A stretch of 64,000 bases of DNA from an uncultured Chloroflexia bacterium (lineage in GTDB: Bacteria; Chloroflexota; Limnocylindria; QHBO01), in assembly GCA_963827475.1 (NCBI GenBank), contig CAWHAZ010000005.1, positions 1 to 64,000 of the forward strand, written 5' to 3'. Both the position numbers and the translations under genes were made by a program. This document shows positions 39,202-50,025 of the stretch, piece by piece. Each line of letters opens with the position of its first letter. Position 1 is the first letter of the stretch. Under the pieces are notes generated by a model. That model did not search any database and was not told the origin of the DNA. It was given only the letters and a program-made list of their open reading frames with translations.

Positions 39202-40355
39202 GAGCTTCGCCGCCGGTCCTGGATGAGGAGGGCGACGTCAACCGCCAGCAGCGCGAGCGATGCGGCTGCCATGCCCCAGCCGAGGAAGTCTCGTGATGGT
39301 GTCTCGGCTTCCCCGGCATCCATCCGGCCGCCGCCGGTCCCCGACGAGACCGGCATGACCGCTCCCGGCTTCTTCCCCGCCAGCAGATCACGCTCGACCT
39401 GAAGCCGCTCGCGGTACAGGACCTCCCACTCGTCGTACGGCAGGTCGTCGGTCGCGAGGTGCCGGTCGATCCACTCCAGCTCCGCGACGCGTTCAGCGGG
39501 CTTCGGGCCCCGTTCGGCGAGGTCCGACAGGCGGTCCTCGATGCGCTGGCCCTCGGCAGAGGCGGTCAGCCACGCCTCGGCCGTCGTCAGTCGACTGGCC
39601 AGCGCGGCCTGGACCCGGGCCACCATCAGCTTGCGGCCGGCGATTGCCACGTCGGATGGGTAGATCAGGACCTCGAGGTCGCGGCCCACGAGCCGGACGA
39701 GCTGGTCGGGCAGCAGGCCCTTCACATGTGAGCCGGCGATCGCCGCCAGCCAGCGGCCGGGGAGTACGAGGACCGACGGCGCCGGTCGGGCGGTGACCTC
39801 GATGCCGGCGTCGCCGATCGCCTGATCGAGATCCGTGGCCAGCTCGTCGTAACGCCCCGGCTTGACGACGATGGGGATGTGCGCATCGGTCCAGCGTCGC
39901 AGCAGCGAGCTCGCCTTCCGCGCGATACCGATGGCGGCCAGGAACACGATCATGGCGGCGAGGGCCGCCGCGAGAGGATAGCCACGGACGAGGTGGCCGA
40001 CGAGGGCGCCCGCGCTCTTCGGACGATCCTCGGGCTGGAGCAGCGTCAGCGTCGCCGCGCTCATCGCCAGGGGGATCGCGACCGCGGCCGCCAGCATCGC
40101 CAGGCGGATCCAGCCCTCGTTCACCCACTCGGGGATGGGCACGAAGGTCAGGATGAAAACGCCCGCCTCCGGCCACACCACCGCGACCAGGACCACCACC
40201 CAGATCAGCGCCCCGAAGGTGATGCCCGCGAGCAGGACCTGGCGATCCTGGGGCACGCGTCCAAACAACAGCGTGCTGGCCCAACCCAGGCTCATGGTCA
40301 GCAGCTTCCCGGCGAACCGACCGAGGACCCCGAACAGGGTGGCGAGGATTGCCAT
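39198..40355 (-). CDS. Hypothetical integral membrane protein
   Basis: MAILATLFGVLGRFAGK..LGWASTLLFGRVP; several TM segments and a soluble domain. Confidence 0.65.
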   Translation of the reverse strand: MAILATLFGVLGRFAGKLLTMSLGWASTLLFGRVPQDRQVLLAGITFGALIWVVVLVAVVWPEAGVFILTFVPIPEWVNEGWIRLAMLAAAVAIPLAMSAATLTLLQPEDRPKSAGALVGHLVRGYPLAAALAAMIVFLAAIGIARKASSLLRRWTDAHIPIVVKPGRYDELATDLDQAIGDAGIEVTARPAPSVLVLPGRWLAAIAGSHVKGLLPDQLVRLVGRDLEVLIYPSDVAIAGRKLMVARVQAALASRLTTAEAWLTASAEGQRIEDRLSDLAERGPKPAERVAELEWIDRHLATDDLPYDEWEVLYRERLQVERDLLAGKKPGAVMPVSSGTGGGRMDAGEAETPSRDFLGWGMAAASLALLAVDVALLIQDRRRSS

Positions 40356-40493
40356 TGGAACGATGGTCGCGTCGGGCAGGATGCGCCCGCGTCGCGCTCG
40401 ACCCTTCCCGCGTTGCAGCCTCGTTGCGGCATGGATGTAACGCCGACCGCCTTCGCGGGGCCTGGGCTGAAATCTCTGCCTCGACATCCTGCT

Positions 40494-41609
40494 GTGGTGA
40501 CGACCCACACGCCGACCGGCGAGTCGTGGCTGTTCCGTGGTGCGGCGTTCGCAGCCGGCGTCTTCCTGGTGGCCGGCCTGCTGGCCCTCGCCTGGGCAGC
40601 GGTATCGGTCCTCATCCTGATCTTCGTGGCGCTGCTGATCGCCACCGCTATCGAGCCCTTCACCGACCGGCTCCGGGGGCGCCTGCCGACCGGTCGGGCG
40701 GGCACGATTGCCATCACCTACGCGGTGTTCTTCGCACTCGCCCTGCTCCTGGTGGTGCTCATCGTTCCCGTCGCCGCGGAGGAAGCCGGGCGCGTCGTGG
40801 CCCGGCTGCCCGAGACCCTGTCGGCGACCGAGGCGTGGGCGGCTGAGCTCGAGCCGCCAGTCGTGTCCACGATCGCCACCACGCTGCTCCAGGCAGCCCA
40901 GCAGGCGCTGGCGTCGGACCTGTCGCTCGACGCGGACACGGTGGTCGAGGCGGGCATCGTCGGCGCGGAAATCGTCATCGGCCTCGCGACCGCGATGGGA
41001 CTCGCGTTCTTCTGGCTCATCGAGCGCGCCCGGCTGCAGCGGTACGTCCTGGCCTTTGTGCCCGAGGAACGCCGGGCCGGAACCCGCGACGCGTGGAACG
41101 CCGTCACCGAGCGCCTCGGCCTCTGGGTCCGAGGCCAGCTCACGCTGATGGCGGCGATGGGCGTGGCGACCGGGATCGCCTACACGCTGCTTGGCGTGCC
41201 CGCCGCTCTGCTGCTCGCGGTCATTGCCGCGATCACCGAGGTCATCCCGATCGTGGGTCCGTTGCTGGGTGCCATCCCCGCCATCGCGGTTGCGGCGACG
41301 GTCTCGCCGGAGCTCGCGGTCGTCGTCGCCGTGGTGTTCATCGTGCTGCAGGCCATCGAAGGCCTGATCCTGGTGCCCATCGTCATGCGAAACGCGGTGG
41401 GCCTCTCGCCATTTCTGATCCTGGCCAGCGTCCTGATCGGGGCCGCGGCGGGCGGCGTCGTGGGAGCCCTCCTGGCCGTGCCGATCGCCGCCGCCCTCGA
41501 GATCATCGTCGAGCGATTCCAGGAGCGCGAAGAGCCGATCGCGATCGATCCGCAGGTCTCGACCGAGGAGGTCGGGTCGGAGGAGGCGGCCTCACCCGGG
41601 ACGGCCTAG
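40494..41609 (+). CDS. AI-2E family transporter
   Basis: WVRGQL, IPIVGP, QAIEGLILVP..VGLSP, GALLAVP. Confidence 0.9.
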   Translation: MVTTHTPTGESWLFRGAAFAAGVFLVAGLLALAWAAVSVLILIFVALLIATAIEPFTDRLRGRLPTGRAGTIAITYAVFFALALLLVVLIVPVAAEEAGRVVARLPETLSATEAWAAELEPPVVSTIATTLLQAAQQALASDLSLDADTVVEAGIVGAEIVIGLATAMGLAFFWLIERARLQRYVLAFVPEERRAGTRDAWNAVTERLGLWVRGQLTLMAAMGVATGIAYTLLGVPAALLLAVIAAITEVIPIVGPLLGAIPAIAVAATVSPELAVVVAVVFIVLQAIEGLILVPIVMRNAVGLSPFLILASVLIGAAAGGVVGALLAVPIAAALEIIVERFQEREEPIAIDPQVSTEEVGSEEAASPGTA

Positions 41610-41728
41610 CCATTGTGAGGCGACTGCAACGGAAGTGCAGCCGAGAGCGGACGAGCCGATATCCAGCCGCCCGTACGGTGCTTATGCAGGCGCGTACTTC
41701 GCGCGCCAGAAGCTGAGGAGACAGACCG

Positions 41729-42025
41729 ATGGACGACGCGAAGCGACTGGAGCGCGAGGCCGAAGAGACGGCCAAGGAAACCGCCCGGAAGATGGATGGC
41801 ACCACCGATCTCGACGATCACATCGCCAACCTCGGCGATGACGTCAACAAGCACCTCGGAAACGCGGGTGACGCTGTCAGAGAAGGCGTCGACGACCTTG
41901 GCGACAAGGTAGAGGACGTTGCTCGCGATGTGCGTCGCGACGTCGAGGATCTCGGGGACGACGTCGAGGACGAGGTGGACGATGCCGGCCGCAAGGTCGA
42001 GCACGAGGTGAACCAACCGTCCTAG
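41729..42025 (+). CDS. Small acidic helical-repeat (LEA-like) protein
   Basis: GAGGAG RBS; repeated V(D/E)DLGD(K/D)VED units. Confidence 0.6.
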   Translation: MDDAKRLEREAEETAKETARKMDGTTDLDDHIANLGDDVNKHLGNAGDAVREGVDDLGDKVEDVARDVRRDVEDLGDDVEDEVDDAGRKVEHEVNQPS

Positions 42026-42076
42026 TCATCGCCAAGAAGCCGTTCGATCACGGTCGGCCCCTCGAAGGGATGCTGG

Positions 42077-44744
42077 CTACGAGCCGACCTCGGCGGCCAA
42101 GGCATCAACATCGGGCTCCGCGGCCGGGGCCGCGGAGCCCTTCGGGGACGAAGTGCCGAATGTGAGCGCGCCGTCCTTGACATCGACAGCCACGGTGTCG
42201 CCGCGGGTGAACTCTCCGGACAGGACGGCCTTGGCCAACGGGTTCTCGATCGCACGCTGGATGGCGCGGCGCAGGGGCCGCGCGCCGAAGCTCGGGTCGT
42301 AGCCTTCCCGCGCGACGAACCGGCGCGCGGCATCGGTCACCTCCAGCCCGATGCCGGACTCCGCCAGGCGGCCCTGGACGCCGGCCAGCAGCAGGCCCAC
42401 GATCTCCATCAGCTGCGCTTCGTCGAGCGGGCGGAAGACGATGGTCTCGTCGACGCGGTTGAGGAACTCGGGGCGGAAGTGCTCGCGGAGCTGGAGCCGG
42501 ACGGCCTCGGCTGCAGCGTCGAAGGTCTCGGCCCCGCCCTCGGCGGCCTCCACCAATCCGGCGGAGCCGACGTTGCTGGTCATGATCACGACCGTGTTCT
42601 TGAAGTCCACCGTCCGGCCCTGGGAATCGGTCAGGCGCCCGTCATCCAGCAGCTGGAGGAGGACGTTGAACACGTCCGGATGGGCCTTCTCGATCTCGTC
42701 GAAGAGGACGACCTGGTACGGGCGGCGACGGACGGCCTCGGTGAGCTGACCGCCCTCCTCGTAGCCGACGTAGCCCGGTGGCGCGCCGACCAGCCGGGAC
42801 ACCGCGAACTTCTCCATGTACTCGCTCATGTCGATCCGGACCAGCGCGCTCTCGTCGTCGAACAGGAACTCGGCCAGCGCGCGGGCCAGCTCCGTCTTTC
42901 CGACCCCGGTCGGACCGAGGAAGATGAACGAGCCGATCGGCCGCTTGGGATCCTTCAGCCCGGCCCGCGCCCGACGGATGGCGTCGCTGACCGCGGTCAC
43001 CGCCTCGTCCTGGCCGATGAGCCGTTCGTGCAGCCGATCCTCCATCTTCAGCAGCTTCTCGGTCTCGCCCTCCATCAGGCGGGCGACCGGGATGCCGGTC
43101 CAGCGGGCGACGACGGCGGCCACGTCGTCCGCGTCCACCTCCTCCTTGACCAGGACCGATCCGGACGCCTTCAGCTCGCGGAGGGCCTCTTCGCGCTCCG
43201 CCAGCTGCTTCTGGAGCTCCGCCTCGCGGCCGTACTTCAGCTCCGCGGCCTTGGCGTAGTCCGCGGCCCGCTCGGCGGCCTCGATCTCCGGCGCCAGCCG
43301 CTCGAGCGCTTCCCGCGTCCCGCGGATCCCGGCCACGACCTCTTTCTCGCGCTCCCACTGGGACTTCATGACGTCGCCACGCTCGCGCAGGTCGGCGAGC
43401 TCCTTCTCGAGCGCCTCGAGTCGCTTCGTCGAGGCCGCGTCCTTCTCCTTGCGCAGCGCCTCGCGCTCGATCTCGAGCTGCATCCGGCGCCGCTCCAGCT
43501 CGTCCAGCTCGGCGGGCATGGAGTCCATTTCCATCCGCAGTCGCGAGGCCGCCTCGTCGACCAGGTCGATGGCCTTGTCCGGCAGGAACCGCTCGGTGAT
43601 GTACCGATTGGAGAGCACGGCAGCGGCCACCAGCGCCGAATCGGTGATCCGGACTCCGTGGTGGACCTCGTATCGCTCGCGGAGCCCGCGGAGGATCGAG
43701 ATCGTGTCCTCGACGTTGGGCTGGTCGATGATGATCGGCTGGAAGCGGCGCTCGAGGGCGGCGTCCTTCTCGATGTTCTTGCGGTACTCGTCCAGGGTCG
43801 TGGCGCCGATGGCGTGCAGCTCGCCCCGGGCGAGCATCGGCTTGAGCAGGTTGGCCGCGTCCATGGCCCCTTCCGCCGCCCCGGCGCCGACGACGGTATG
43901 CAGCTCGTCGATGAACAGGATGATCTGCCCCTCGGCGGTGGTGACCTCCTTGAGAACCGCCTTCAGCCGCTCTTCGAACTCCCCGCGGTACTTGGCGCCG
44001 GCCACCATCGCCCCCAGGTCGAGGGCCACCACCCGCTTGTCCTTCAGCCCTTCCGGCACGTCGCCGCGCACGATCCGCTGGGCGAGCCCCTCCGCGATGG
44101 CCGTCTTGCCCACCCCCGGCTCTCCGATGAGCACCGGGTTGTTCTTCGTCCGGCGGCTCAGGACCTGGATGACGCGCCGGATCTCCTCGTCACGACCGAT
44201 GACCGGGTCGAGCCGACCCTTCCGCGCCTCCTCGGTCAGGTCGCGCCCGTACTTCTCCAGGGCCTCGTAGGTCGCTTCGGGGTTGTCCGACGTCACGCGC
44301 TGGCTCCCTCGGATCTGGGTCAGGGCCTCCAGGACCGATTTCTCACCGATGCCGGCCGCCGCCAGCAGCCGGGTGGCGGAGCTCGGCGGTTGCGAGGTGA
44401 GGATAGTCAGCAGCAGATGCTCGGTCGAGACGTACTCGTCCCGCAACCGCTCCGCCAGCGGATGGGCATCCGACAGGACGCGACGCGCGTCCTCGGACAG
44501 GGTCAGCTGGGCCGCGCCGCTGACCTTGGGCAGCTTCGCCGAGCTCGTCACGGATCCGACCGGCGATCTGCGCCGGATCATGTCCGGCCCGCTCCAGAAC
44601 GGCCGGGACCACCCCGTCGGGCTGTTCGACCAGGGCGTAGAGCAGATGCAGCGCCTCGAGCTGGGCGTGGCCCTCCCCCTCGGCCAGCTGCTGGGCAGCG
44701 TTGATCGCCTCGGTCGCCTTCTGGGTGAATCGCTCCGTTCTCAC
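42077..44744 (-). CDS. clpB: ATP-dependent chaperone ClpB (frameshift about 44560)
   Basis: ERFTQK N-domain, GEPGVGKT, middle coiled coil, [24 protein letters not shown]. Confidence 0.96.
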
Positions 44745-44750
44745 GGCTGC

Positions 44751-45572
44751 CTACGGGTTGTCGTCGCCCTCGATGGGGACCAACGGGTTGTCGCCCAGGA
44801 GGCCGAGGCTGATGTATCCGAACATCGGGGGGCTGGTGAATACCCAGCCACCAAGCCATTGGTCCGTGCCCAGGATCAGGTTGCCGGCCACCTGCCACTG
44901 CGGCGTGAAGGCCGTGTTCGGGGGCATCGCATGGAGCTGGTGGAACGGCATGGCCGTGGGGTCCGCGACCAGGAACCCGCCCTTTGCCAAGGTGGTCGTC
45001 CGATTGTGGATCGGCCGGGGGTTGGTGCCTTTCAGGTTCATGTCGTCCCCTCCTGTGAACTCGTCCTTGCCGATTTCGCGCACCTGGCGGGCTCCCACCC
45101 CTTTCATCCAGGCCGCCAGATCGGGCACGCTCTTGTCCGTCGGCTGTGACCCGGGAGCCCGAAGAGGGTCATAGACCCGGATACTGCCGGAGGGCAGGGC
45201 GACCGCGAACACCTCGTGCGTGAATGACCCCGCCTGGGCGCCGACGGGGCTGCCCACCCCGGTCAGGCAGAAGCCCAGGCCAGGGCGGGCAAGGAACGCT
45301 GCCTTGCTGTTGGTGACCGACGGCCCTCGCAGCCGGTGGCCGTAGACCTCCAGGGCCTTCACATCACAGGCGGGCAGGTCCTGGTCCACGTTGGCGACGA
45401 CCTCCAACCGCTCCCGTTCGGCCTGGGTGTAGGGGGCGGGCATGAGGACGCCGCCGTACAGCAGGCCCATCGCGTAGGACGTGGCCACGCACGCCTCGAG
45501 ATCAAGCTCGCTCACCGGGGTGCCAGGGCCCTCTCGCTGGGTCCACACCTCCATGTCTTTGAATTGGCTCAC
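44751..45572 (-). CDS. Hypothetical protein, possible papain-like (C39-type) cysteine peptidase
   Basis: GGAGGT RBS and GTG at 45572; Q..ACVATSYAM, THEVFAV, VYDP. Confidence 0.5.
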   Translation of the reverse strand: MSQFKDMEVWTQREGPGTPVSELDLEACVATSYAMGLLYGGVLMPAPYTQAERERLEVVANVDQDLPACDVKALEVYGHRLRGPSVTNSKAAFLARPGLGFCLTGVGSPVGAQAGSFTHEVFAVALPSGSIRVYDPLRAPGSQPTDKSVPDLAAWMKGVGARQVREIGKDEFTGGDDMNLKGTNPRPIHNRTTTLAKGGFLVADPTAMPFHQLHAMPPNTAFTPQWQVAGNLILGTDQWLGGWVFTSPPMFGYISLGLLGDNPLVPIEGDDNP

Positions 45573-45591
45573 GTCTGCACCTCCGACAGGT

Positions 45592-46566
45592 TCAACGTTG
45601 GCTCCGCGGATCGGGCTGTGGGTGCGTCTCGGCGAACTGCGCGAATGCTTCGCGCGCCTCTTCGTCGAGGTGAGGCAGGACGGGGCGGACGATGACGTGG
45701 AGGTCGCCCTTCTGGTCCGGCTTGCCGCGCTTTGGCAGCCCGCGGCCACGAAGGGTGATGACCTGTCCGTTCTGGGTGTTCGGTCGGATGCGGAGCTTGA
45801 CCTTCCCGTTCAGGGACGGGACCGGGACCTCCGCGCCGAGGAGGGCCTCGGCCAGGGTGACCGGGAGCTCCGTCGACAGGTCAGCCCCGTCCCGGGCGAA
45901 ACGCGGATGGGGCTTGACCTTGACTGTCAGGGTCACGCCCTGGTCGCGCAGGCGGATCCGCGCCCCGTCCGACACGCCGGCCGGGATCTTCACCTGGAGC
46001 CGGCGGCCGTCGACGGCCACCGTCCGTTCCGTGCCCTTCGCCACCTCGGCGAGCGTCACGTCGACCGTCCCGTGGGCCTCCGCCCGGGGGGTCGCCTGGG
46101 CTGTGGCCTGGAACGCGCCCAGGTCGGATCCGAAGATCGAGCTGAAGCGGGTGCCGCCGCCTGCGCCCGCCGCGCCGCCCGCGCCCATCGGTCCGTCACC
46201 GAAGAACTCGCGGAAGAAATCGGAGAAGCCGCCCACGTCGTCCGGGGTCGAGGTGCGGACGGTCCAGCGCATGCCACCCGGCGCGCCGCCGAAGGCCGAC
46301 CAGTCACCGGCCTGGTTCGGGTCGAACCCGGTCTGCTGGTAGGCCTGCCAGTTCGCGCCCAGCTCGTCATAGCGCTGCCGCTTCTCGGGATCCGAGAGGA
46401 CGGCGTGCGCCTCGTTCACGTCCTTGAACCGCTTCTCGGCATCCGCGTCACCGGGGTTGCGATCCGGATGGTGCTCGCGGGCCAGGCGGCGAAACGCCTT
46501 CTTGATCTCCGCCTGCGAGGCGGACTTGGGGACGCCCAGGACCTCGTAGTAGTCGCGGTACTCCAT
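45592..46566 (-). CDS. DnaJ-class co-chaperone without Zn finger (CbpA/DnaJ2-like)
   Basis: DYYEVLGV, HPD motif, G/F-rich region, C-terminal DnaJ domain, no CxxCxGxG. Confidence 0.92.
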   Translation of the reverse strand: MEYRDYYEVLGVPKSASQAEIKKAFRRLAREHHPDRNPGDADAEKRFKDVNEAHAVLSDPEKRQRYDELGANWQAYQQTGFDPNQAGDWSAFGGAPGGMRWTVRTSTPDDVGGFSDFFREFFGDGPMGAGGAAGAGGGTRFSSIFGSDLGAFQATAQATPRAEAHGTVDVTLAEVAKGTERTVAVDGRRLQVKIPAGVSDGARIRLRDQGVTLTVKVKPHPRFARDGADLSTELPVTLAEALLGAEVPVPSLNGKVKLRIRPNTQNGQVITLRGRGLPKRGKPDQKGDLHVIVRPVLPHLDEEAREAFAQFAETHPQPDPRSQR

Positions 46567-46584
46567 GGGCGTCCCCGCCCCGCC

Positions 46585-49119
46585 TTACGCGCCCCCAGTC
46601 GGGGGCGTGACGGGCGGTTGCTTGACCGGCTTGACCGCCGGGGCGGGAACGGCGGCGATCGGCGCCTTCGTGCCCTTCCGCGCCCGACGCGGCTTGCGCA
46701 CCCGGCTCGGGGTCAGCGCCCGCAGGGCAGGCTGCGCCGCGGGTCGGGCCTGGTCCAGGAGGGCGGCGGCCAGCACCTGGTCCATGTGGTCGACACCCAC
46801 GATCTTCAGTTGCTTGCGGACTTCCTCCGGCACATCCACCAGGTCCTTCACATTGCGACCCGGGATGAGCACCGTTTCCACGCCAGCCAGGTGGGCCGCC
46901 AGCAGCTTGGCCTTCAGGCCGCCGATGGGCAGCACCCGCCCGCGAAGCGTGATCTCGCCGGTCATGGCGATGTCGCGCCGCACGGGCCGCCCGGTCAGCA
47001 GGCTGGCCATGGCGGTGGCCATGGTCACGCCCGCCGAGGGGCCGTCCTTGGGCGTCGCCCCGGCCGGGACGTGGACATGGATCGTCTGCTTCTCGAAGAT
47101 GACTGGGTCCAGACCCAACTCCCGACAGCGGGCGCGGAGGTAGGACAGCCCGGCTCGCGCCGACTCCTGCATGACACTCCCGAGCTGACCGGTGAGGATG
47201 AAGTCGTCCTTGCCGTCCATCTTCGTGGCTTCGACCTGGACGATGTCGCCACCGGCATCGGACACGACAAGCCCGGTCACGATCCCGACCTGGTCCTCCT
47301 CCTCCAGCTGGCCGTAGTCGAAGCGGGCCGGTCCGAGGTAGTCCTCGAGCTCGCCCGACTTGACGGTGACTCTGCTCCGCGGCTTGGTGGCCACCTTGCG
47401 CGCGACCTTGCGCGAAATCGAGGCGATCTCCCGCTCGACGTTCCGCACGCCGGCCTCGCGGGTGAAAGCCTGGATCAGGCGGACCAGGGCCTCCTCCTCG
47501 AAGGTCAGCTGCTTGGCCGTCAGGCCGTGGTTCTCCAGCTGCTTGGGGACCAGGAACTGCTGCGAGATCCTCAGCTTCTCGAGCTGGGTGTAGCCCGGGA
47601 GCTGGATGACCTCCATCCGGTCGCGGAGGGCCGGCGGGATGCTGTCGACCATGTTGGCGGTGGCGATGAACAGCACCTTGGACAGGTCGAAGGGCACCTC
47701 CAGGTAGTTGTCCTGGAAGCTGTTGTTCTGCTCGGGGTCGAGGACCTCGAGGAGGGCGGACGACGGGTCGCCCCGGAAGTCCATCCCCACCTTGTCGATC
47801 TCGTCGAGCATGAACACCGGGTTGTTGGTCCCCGCCGTCTTGATAGATTGGATGACCCGACCAGGCAACGCACCGATGTAGGTGCGCCGGTGGCCACGGA
47901 TCTCCGCCTCGTCGTGGATCCCGCCCAGGCTCATGCGGACGAACTTCCGCCCCATGGCCCGCGCGATGGACTTGCCCAGGCTCGTCTTGCCCACGCCCGG
48001 CGGTCCCACGAACAGCAGGATCGGGCTGCGGATCTTCTCGGCCAGCTTGCGCACGGCCATGTACTCGAGAATCCGCTCCTTGGGCTTCTCCAGGCCGTAG
48101 TGGTCCTCGTTGAGCACCTTCTCGGCGTCGTTCAGGTCCAGGTTGTCATCGGTCGTGGTGCCCCACGGCAGCGAGACGAGCGTGTCGACGTAGTTGCGGA
48201 CGACGCCCTGCTCCGGCGAGGCGCTCGGGATCCGGCTCAGGCGATCAACCTCTTTGAGCGCCTTCTCCTTGACCTCGTCGGGCATGGCCGACTCTTCGAC
48301 CTTCTGGCGCAGCTCGTTGACCTCGCCGACCGCCGGGTCGTCCTCGCCGAGTTCCTTCTGGATGGCCTTCATCTGCTCGCGGAGGATGTACTCGCGCTGG
48401 TTGCGGTCCATCTCCGACTTGACCTCGCTCTGGATCCGACCTTTCAGCTCGAGGATCTCGATCTGCTTGGCGAGGAAGACGCTGACCAGGCGGAGCCGAT
48501 CCGCCACCGGGATGGTCTCCAGCAGCTCCTGCCGCAGCTCCGGCGTCATCTCCGGCGAGTAGGCGGCCATGTCGGCCAGCAGCCCGCCATCGGTGATGTT
48601 GCGGGCGGCGACCGCCACCTCGGGTGGGACCGGCGCGCCGGCGGTGACGTACTGCTCGATCTGGGCCTGGATCGACGCCATCAGGGCCTCGATCTCGACG
48701 CCCGACTCCTTCGTCTCGGGAATGAGCTGGACGCGCGCCTCGAGGTGCGGGTCGAGCTGGACCAGGTCCAGCAGCCGGATCCGGCGCTGGCCCTGGACGA
48801 TGGCCCGGATCGTGCCGTTCTGCAGGCGGATGAGCTGCGCGATCTTGGCCAGCGTGCCCACGCTGTGCAGCTCGTCCACGCTGTTGATCTCCTCCGCGTC
48901 GCCGTCGCGCTGGGCGATGAGGGCGACCGGGGAGTTCGCGCGGACGGCGCGCTCGAGGGCCTTGACGCTGCGGTCACGGCCGACCTCGAGCGGAACGATC
49001 ATCTCGGGGAAGATGACGGTGCCGCGCAGGGCGACGAGGGGGAGGACCTGGATCTCGTCCACGGCTTCGTCAGCCGGGGGAGGGGACTCGGGGGTCGGGT
49101 TGTCGGACACGGGGTTCAC
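46585..49119 (-). CDS. lon: ATP-dependent protease La
   Basis: [34 protein letters not shown]. Confidence 0.96.
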   Translation of the reverse strand: MNPVSDNPTPESPPPADEAVDEIQVLPLVALRGTVIFPEMIVPLEVGRDRSVKALERAVRANSPVALIAQRDGDAEEINSVDELHSVGTLAKIAQLIRLQNGTIRAIVQGQRRIRLLDLVQLDPHLEARVQLIPETKESGVEIEALMASIQAQIEQYVTAGAPVPPEVAVAARNITDGGLLADMAAYSPEMTPELRQELLETIPVADRLRLVSVFLAKQIEILELKGRIQSEVKSEMDRNQREYILREQMKAIQKELGEDDPAVGEVNELRQKVEESAMPDEVKEKALKEVDRLSRIPSASPEQGVVRNYVDTLVSLPWGTTTDDNLDLNDAEKVLNEDHYGLEKPKERILEYMAVRKLAEKIRSPILLFVGPPGVGKTSLGKSIARAMGRKFVRMSLGGIHDEAEIRGHRRTYIGALPGRVIQSIKTAGTNNPVFMLDEIDKVGMDFRGDPSSALLEVLDPEQNNSFQDNYLEVPFDLSKVLFIATANMVDSIPPALRDRMEVIQLPGYTQLEKLRISQQFLVPKQLENHGLTAKQLTFEEEALVRLIQAFTREAGVRNVEREIASISRKVARKVATKPRSRVTVKSGELEDYLGPARFDYGQLEEEDQVGIVTGLVVSDAGGDIVQVEATKMDGKDDFILTGQLGSVMQESARAGLSYLRARCRELGLDPVIFEKQTIHVHVPAGATPKDGPSAGVTMATAMASLLTGRPVRRDIAMTGEITLRGRVLPIGGLKAKLLAAHLAGVETVLIPGRNVKDLVDVPEEVRKQLKIVGVDHMDQVLAAALLDQARPAAQPALRALTPSRVRKPRRARKGTKAPIAAVPAPAVKPVKQPPVTPPTGGA

Positions 49120-49493
49120 CTGCTGCTCGGCTCGGCGACCGGCTGGGCCTCTGGCTCACTGGGGGCCTCGGGCTCCGGCTCGGGTTCGCCCTGGACGTAA
49201 CGTTCGACATCAGCTTCATCGAACAGGTCGTAGACGCGGATCTTGCCGATCGACTCGAGCTGCAGGATGACCTTGACGCCCGCCAGGTTCACCCCCTGGC
49301 GTCGGGTCAGGAAACGGATGATACGCACCCGTTCAATATCGGCCTCCGAGTAGAGTCGGAGGTTGTTGCGCCGATGCGGGCAGACGAGACCCTCCTCGTC
49401 GTAGATCCGCAGCGTGCGGGGATGCACCGCCGCCAGCTCGGCGGCGATGCTGATGAAGTAGCGCGGCCGCTTGCGGTCGCGGTTCCAGGTCAC
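49116..49493 (-). CDS. hspR: MerR-family heat-shock repressor
   Basis: [34 protein letters not shown], in chaperone operon context. Confidence 0.8.
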   Translation of the reverse strand: MTWNRDRKRPRYFISIAAELAAVHPRTLRIYDEEGLVCPHRRNNLRLYSEADIERVRIIRFLTRRQGVNLAGVKVILQLESIGKIRVYDLFDEADVERYVQGEPEPEPEAPSEPEAQPVAEPSSR

Positions 49494-49912
49494 GCGGTCG
49501 GGACCTTGATCTCGATCTGGCGCGGCTTGGACTCCTCCGCCTTCGGCAGGGACAGTCGCAGCAGCCCGTTCTCGAACGTGGCCTGCGCCTTGTCGCCTTC
49601 GACCCGAACCGGGAGGCGGATCTCACGGTTGAAGGTGCCGATTCGGCGCTCGCGGTAGACGTACTGCTCGCGCTCGACCTGCTCTTCCGCCTTCAGCTCG
49701 CCGCTGATGGTCAGGGTCCGGCCGGTGAGGGTGATGTTCACGTCCTCGGGCTTGATGCCGGGCAGGGAGACGGTGACGACGACGTCGTCATCGGTCTGGT
49801 GGACGTCGACCAACGGGGTCAGCGCCTCGCCGTGGAAGAACCGCCAGGCAAGCGGGCTGAACATGGTGTCGTCGAAATACCGATATGGCTGGATTCGGGT
49901 CAGATGGCCCAT
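49490..49912 (-). CDS. Hsp20/alpha-crystallin small heat-shock protein
   Basis: PLVDV, LPGIKPEDV, LTISGE, ERRIGTFNR, ATFENGLLRLSLPK. Confidence 0.92.
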   Translation of the reverse strand: MGHLTRIQPYRYFDDTMFSPLAWRFFHGEALTPLVDVHQTDDDVVVTVSLPGIKPEDVNITLTGRTLTISGELKAEEQVEREQYVYRERRIGTFNREIRLPVRVEGDKAQATFENGLLRLSLPKAEESKPRQIEIKVPTA

Positions 49913-49988
49913 GTCGTGGAACCTCCGGATTCGTTGACGGGAGTGGGTTTGTTGGATGGGAAGGCGGCCGGTGGACGGCCGCACGCGC

Positions 49989-50017
49989 ACCCTAAACCCT
50001 GACAATAGCGTTGTCAA
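49989..50017 (-). promoter_or_regulatory. Sigma70 promoter of the heat-shock operon with an overlapping palindromic operator
   Basis: TTGACA-17nt-TAGGGT; TGACAA-N5-TTGTCA palindrome at 50000-50016. Confidence 0.75.
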
Positions 50018-50025
50018 CACTCATA

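Noticed and set aside
643-44744. Numerous frameshifts suggesting mass pseudogenisation or programmed frameshifting
   Set aside because: They hit housekeeping genes (folK, purH, glpX, clpB, msrB) whose motifs are otherwise intact, which fits long-read indel errors; raw reads would be needed to say more.
45481-49200. 1239-aa plus-strand ORF and other long antisense ORFs (e.g. 42479..44704, 51119..52837)
   Set aside because: Shadow frames opposite lon/dnaJ, clpB and DUF58, expected in high-GC DNA; no recognisable motifs.
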